From Dehalococcoidia bacterium (lineage in GTDB: Bacteria > Chloroflexota > Dehalococcoidia > Lucifugimonadales > UBA3495), in contig JAKUQE010000015.1 of assembly GCA_022450395.1 (NCBI GenBank), positions 377 to 64,376 on the forward strand: a stretch of DNA of 64,000 nucleotides, given 5' to 3'. The notes beneath the pieces were generated by a model that ran no database searches, was not told the origin of the DNA, and worked only from the letters and a program-made list of their open reading frames with translations. Position 1 is the first letter of the stretch; every line of letters starts with the position of its first letter. Made by a program: the position numbers and the translations under genes. Below, piece after piece: positions 59,505-64,000 of the stretch.

Positions 59505-61175
59505 ATGGCCGAAATAAGCGGAGCACAATTGGTGATAGATTCACTGCGGCGAGAGGGTGTAGATACGATTTACGTCTTACCCGGCGACCCAGTGGGAGAC
59601 ATAGTAAATGGATGGGCGGCCGCCGGGCACAAAGCGATCGCCGTTCGTCACGAACAGGTGGCCTGCATGGCGGCTCAGGCCCACTCTTACTTGACCCGGT
59701 CCGTGGGAGTGTGCATCGCCGCTTCCGGCGTGGGCCAAACGAACACGTTGACCGGAATAGCCAATGCCTACAGCAACTGCTGGCCTCTGCTGGTGATCGG
59801 TGGCTCCGCCGAATTGCGGCGGCGCAACATGGGTGATTTCCAGGAGTTGCCCCAGATTGAAACAACCGCCCCTATCTGCAAGTGGACTGCCACGGTGGAC
59901 AGCATCCGCCGCATCCCCAACCTCATCAATCAAGCGATGAAGCAAGCCTTGTCGGGGCGTCCCGGCCCGGTTTACCTGGACCTGCCCGCCGAGATGATTT
60001 CCGGTATTGAGGACGACGCCAACGTTCCCATCCCCCAACCGGCTCCCGAACCGGCCCGGCCCATGGCCGACCCCCAGGAGATCCGCAAAGCGTTGGAAGT
60101 CCTGGCCGAGGCTGAGCGCCCTCTACTCATCGTGGGCAAAGGAGCAGCTTGGTCCTGGGCGGAAGAGGAGCTGTTGCAATTCGTAGACCGCACGCAGATC
60201 CCCTTCTTGACGTCGCCCATGGGCATGGGAATGCTGCCGCCAGAACACCCGATGAACGTTTCCGCCGCCAGGACCCAGGCACTGAAGGGCGCGGATACCA
60301 TATTGATGGTTGGAGCGCGCTTCAACTGGCTTTTCCACTTCGGACAGCCTCCCCGATTCGCTCCCGACTTCAAGCTGGTCCAAGTAGATATCGAAGGCTC
60401 GGAGATCGGGGCCAACGTCCCGGCCACCGTGGGGTTGGTGGGCGACGCGAAGATGGTCCTTGGCCAGATGGTGGACGAATTGGACGAGGTACCCGTCTCC
60501 TACGGAGAAAGCTCCTGGTTGAACGACTTGAAAGCCAAGTGCGCCGAGAACGCCGCGGCTATAGAACCCATGCTTAACAGTGACGCCAGCCAGATCGGCT
60601 ACTACCGGATATTTAAGGAGATCCGCGATTTCCTGCCCAAGGACGCCATCGTGGTAGCCGACGGCGCCAGCACCATGGACATCTCCCGCCAGGTGGTGCC
60701 GGTGTGGTATCCCAGGCACCGATTGGACGCCGGTGTGGCCGGCTGCGTCGGCACCGGAGTGCCCTTTGCCATCGCTTCCCAAGTGGTCCACCCGGACAAG
60801 CCGGTTATCTGCTTGCAGGGTGACTGGGCGTTTGGTTTTAACGGGATGGACATTGAAACCGCTGCCCGGTTCAACCTGCCCATCGTTTGGGTGATCTTCC
60901 AGAACGCCAACATCGACAAGTGGGTCCGAACTCATGTAGATAAAGTCGAAGACCCCAACGACTTCACCCCAAGCCTTCGATTCGACGTGATGATGGAGGC
61001 GCTGGGAGGACATGGAGAGTTTGTGGAACGCCCGGAGCAGATTCGCCCCGCGCTGGAAAGGGCCTTTGGCTCCGGAAAAGCCTCGGTGATCAACGTGATC
61101 ATGGACCCCGGCGCCGGACGGCGTCAGCAGGAGTTTGCCTGGTTGGCCCGGGAAGGGCGCATGGGTTACTCATAG
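59505..61175 (+). CDS. Oxalyl-CoA decarboxylase / 2-hydroxyacyl-CoA lyase-like TPP enzyme
   Basis: RHEQ, GDFQEL, GRPGPVYLD, GKGAA, GARFNWLFHFG, RHRLDAG, GDWAFGFNGMD. Confidence 0.85.
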   Translation: MAEISGAQLVIDSLRREGVDTIYVLPGDPVGDIVNGWAAAGHKAIAVRHEQVACMAAQAHSYLTRSVGVCIAASGVGQTNTLTGIANAYSNCWPLLVIGGSAELRRRNMGDFQELPQIETTAPICKWTATVDSIRRIPNLINQAMKQALSGRPGPVYLDLPAEMISGIEDDANVPIPQPAPEPARPMADPQEIRKALEVLAEAERPLLIVGKGAAWSWAEEELLQFVDRTQIPFLTSPMGMGMLPPEHPMNVSAARTQALKGADTILMVGARFNWLFHFGQPPRFAPDFKLVQVDIEGSEIGANVPATVGLVGDAKMVLGQMVDELDEVPVSYGESSWLNDLKAKCAENAAAIEPMLNSDASQIGYYRIFKEIRDFLPKDAIVVADGASTMDISRQVVPVWYPRHRLDAGVAGCVGTGVPFAIASQVVHPDKPVICLQGDWAFGFNGMDIETAARFNLPIVWVIFQNANIDKWVRTHVDKVEDPNDFTPSLRFDVMMEALGGHGEFVERPEQIRPALERAFGSGKASVINVIMDPGAGRRQQEFAWLAREGRMGYS

Positions 61176-61239
61176 GCGATCACACAGGGCTTGGTGGCGG
61201 GTAGCAAACCTATTACCGATCGGGAAGGAGGCGTGAAAA

Positions 61240-62448
61240 GTGGGTAAAGCGCTAGAGGGGATCCGAATAATCGACCTAACTCAGTTCGAGGCCGGCACCT
61301 CGTGTACCCAGTTGCTGGCCTGGCTGGGAGCGGATGTTATCAAGGTGGAAGAGCCGACCCACGGCGACCCCGGGCGGTACGGCAATACCAACATTCCCGG
61401 CGTTGACAGCGGCTACTTCATCAACCTGAATTCCAACAAGCGCAGCTTGGCCCTGGACCTGAAGCAGCAACGGGGAAAGGACATCTTCTTCGAGTTGGTG
61501 CGGCAAGGCGATATCGTGGCGGAGAACCTGGCTCCCGGCACGCTGGAGAGGCTGGGGTTGGGTTACGACGTGCTCAGCGAGGTTAACCCCAAGATTATTC
61601 TGGCCAGGATCAAGGGATTCGGCACGTACGGACCCTACTCCGATTACAAGAGCTTCGACATGATTGCCCAGGCCACCGGCGGGTCCATGGCCGTGACCGG
61701 CAACGCCGGCGACCCTCCCATCCGTCCCGGTGCGACTATTGGGGATACGGGCACCGGCCTGCATGCCGCTGTGGGTATCATGGCCGCACTTTGGCAGCGC
61801 CAGACTACGGGGAAGGGTCAGGTTGTTGAAGTGGCGATGCAGGACGCCGTGGTTAACCTGACCAGGGTCGCGATGTCCACATTCAACGAAACCGGAAAAT
61901 CCCGGCCTCGTGCCGGCAATAACACCTCAGGCTTGCCGGGCACCCGGACTTACCGTTGTAAACCCGGCGGATCGGACGACTGGGTCTACCTGGCCGCCAT
62001 GCCCCGGCGCTTAGGTCTTTGGTTGGCATTGATCCGGGCTATCGGCGGCGACGAGTTGGCCAACGACCCCAATTATTCGGACATTGACTGGGTTGTTGAA
62101 CACACCGATGAGCTGAATGAAATGATTGAAGCCTGGACCATGGAGCGAACCAAATACGAGGTGTTCCATATCTTGGGTAAAGCCGGCGTACCCTGCGGCC
62201 CCACGCTGAACGCCGAAGACATCTACACCGACCCCCAGTTGCTGGCGCGAGAAATGATCGTGACGCTGGAACACCCCGACCGGGGGGCCTTCATGGTCCC
62301 CGGCTGCCCCGTAAAGATGTCGGACTCGCCAGCCGAACTGCAGATCGCCCCGTCGCTGGGGATGCAGACCGAAGAGGTCCTGAAAGAGTTGCTGCAGATG
62401 ACCGACGGCGACCTGGCCGAGCTAAGGGAGCAGAAGCTGATTCCCTAG
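61240..62448 (+). CDS. frc: Formyl-CoA transferase-like class III CoA-transferase
   Basis: LTQFEAGTSCTQLLAWLGADVIKVE, LNSNKRS, GDTGTG, MQDAV.NL.RV, YRCKPGG; adjacent to an oxc-like gene. Confidence 0.75.
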   Translation: MGKALEGIRIIDLTQFEAGTSCTQLLAWLGADVIKVEEPTHGDPGRYGNTNIPGVDSGYFINLNSNKRSLALDLKQQRGKDIFFELVRQGDIVAENLAPGTLERLGLGYDVLSEVNPKIILARIKGFGTYGPYSDYKSFDMIAQATGGSMAVTGNAGDPPIRPGATIGDTGTGLHAAVGIMAALWQRQTTGKGQVVEVAMQDAVVNLTRVAMSTFNETGKSRPRAGNNTSGLPGTRTYRCKPGGSDDWVYLAAMPRRLGLWLALIRAIGGDELANDPNYSDIDWVVEHTDELNEMIEAWTMERTKYEVFHILGKAGVPCGPTLNAEDIYTDPQLLAREMIVTLEHPDRGAFMVPGCPVKMSDSPAELQIAPSLGMQTEEVLKELLQMTDGDLAELREQKLIP

Positions 62449-63432
62449 TGGAGCTGTGGCTAGAACCGAATCAATCGGAAAGATTTAAGTGGGGGTCTGC
62501 CACCATCCCTTCGGCTGTCCTCTGGGCAGGCCGATTTCTGGTTCCTCTGAGAATATACCTACCGTGTCAACCCTCTTATCGGGGAGAGTTTGAGAGGGGT
62601 TGCCCAACACACTCCCGTCTTGAGTCAACCGGCGGCTCAAATAGAAGTCCTTTCGGTGCGCCTTATTTTTGCACTCTGTTGTAGGTCTACAATTTTGTCA
62701 GTAGCTAACTGGTCAGGGAAAATGTCAGTCCATGGAAGGACCGACGTTAAGTACCAAAGAGCAGAACCGATACATATCTTGAACGGAATATCGGAGCGAC
62801 ACGGGTAGATGAAGGAGGCGGCACCGACCCCAAGAGCGCGGCCAGTCCCAGGAGCAAGGCGGTCTCGGGGGTCATGAAATCCATTCTTCCAATGAAGAGA
62901 TCACGCTGAGGGGTCAAAATAACTGCCGTTAAGTAGGTCGACGCCCCTATAACCAAGAAGTCGGTGTAACGGTCTTAGACGGCGTCGAATATGGCTCCCT
63001 GGATGAGCGGCCTTGCTTCCTGGCCAATTCTCCGTGCGTATAGCCTAGGAAATAGCCCAGCGTGACAAACGCGCCGGCGGTCCACAAAGGCAAGATCAAC
63101 ACGTAAACGGCTGCTGCTGATCTCCCAGCAGTAAACCGGCAAAGGAAATTCCGTTCGGGGTAATCCAGCGGTATAGGGTCAGAAATCCCGCTCACGGCTT
63201 GGTAGCCCGCCGGTATAGCGCGTCAACAGCATTATCCGGTAGGCTTGGGATATGATTCCTCGCTTATCGCGCTTTAGAGTTGGGGATATTCCAGAATGAA
63301 CTGCCTATGCCGGCTTCAGGCCCACACGTACCGCCCTTAGGCGGTGCATGCGTCAATCGCTCAGCCGGCCGCCGCGTATCGCGCCAATATCTGCTTTCAA
63401 ATCCAAAGCCGCTGATCAGGTGAAGAACGATT

Positions 63433-64000
63433 TCACTGGCGGGACAAGACGCTGAGCCGCCCGGAAGCTGACAAGGGATCCGGCGTGTAGACATACGAGC
63501 CACCCGGCTTCATTTGCTCCTCGTAGAGTACCTCCTCGTGGTTACCATAGCGGATAACCACCGCATAGAAGTCAGCACACGGTAGATAGAACCTGGCGTA
63601 GCCCTGCTTGTTGGTTCTGGAACGATTCATACCCGCGATCACGACCTCCGCTGCGGGAACTGGCTTGCTCTCACGGTCTAAAACCCTCAGCCTGGCAGTC
63701 CGGGACTTTAGAATAAGCTTGGTGAGAAACTGATTGAATCTGCCCAGACGGCCAGGTACCGGGTCTCCGGACAGCGGTAGGACTATGTGTTTCGACCACT
63801 CGGTTTTCGATGGGGTCATCCAAGTCGGGCCGTACTTGAAACGGAGATACTCTTCAGGTGGATTTGGCACTAGAAATCGCTCACCGATGAAGTCAATCTC
63901 CTTCAGGTCTTTGAACAGTCTTACCGGTATCCGGACTCCGGGGTAGTGGTATATGCTGTCGCCAAGGATACGATAACAGGCCCAGTCCATCCTTGTTGAC
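63433..64000 (-). CDS. LicD-like nucleotidyltransferase, C-terminal part with a beta-sandwich domain (N-terminus off window)
   Basis: F.G..F.VPNPPEEYLRFKYG..WMTP motif; tail PVPAAEV...TNKQGYA. Confidence 0.6.
   Translation of the reverse strand, partial: STRMDWACYRILGDSIYHYPGVRIPVRLFKDLKEIDFIGERFLVPNPPEEYLRFKYGPTWMTPSKTEWSKHIVLPLSGDPVPGRLGRFNQFLTKLILKSRTARLRVLDRESKPVPAAEVVIAGMNRSRTNKQGYARFYLPCADFYAVVIRYGNHEEVLYEEQMKPGGSYVYTPDPLSASGRLSVLSRQ

Noticed and set aside
62449..63432. Short hydrophobic ORFs 62747-62956 and 62947-63195
   Set aside because: No recognisable family or convincing RBS; possibly decayed DNA, so not called.
1..64000. Genome-wide UGA reassignment (code 4 or 25)
   Set aside because: Several complete genes end in TGA and long genes lack internal TGA; readthrough appears only at two catalytic Cys sites.

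Overview
A 64 kb GC-rich bacterial chromosomal segment with no rRNA, tRNA, CRISPR array or transposase. It is packed with paralogous catabolic enzymes: 7 luciferase-like monooxygenases (LLM), 6 VOC/glyoxalase proteins, 3 amidase-signature enzymes, 2 amidohydrolase_2 proteins, 2 class III CoA-transferases, 2 TPP enzymes, a Rieske oxygenase, a Mo-hydroxylase large subunit and an enamidase. This profile suggests SAR202/Dehalococcoidia-type Chloroflexota (inference). The main hidden signal is two genes that the ORF track splits or truncates at an in-frame TGA lying exactly at the catalytic-Cys position, each followed by a SECIS-like hairpin: a rhodanese (20298-20666, -) and an OsmC-family peroxidase (55131-55655, -). 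Both are probable selenoproteins. Other notable items: a large class III nucleotide cyclase/AAA/TPR gene broken by one in-frame TAG, next to an internally deleted duplicate, a ferritin-like protein and a cNMP-binding protein; a ~280 bp composite palindromic element present twice in inverted orientation; several REP-like families; a cmoO/cmoJ-like pair; an oxc/frc-like pair; a frameshifted hybrid kinase; and several enzymes with substituted catalytic residues. All calls come from reading motifs by eye, with no database search.
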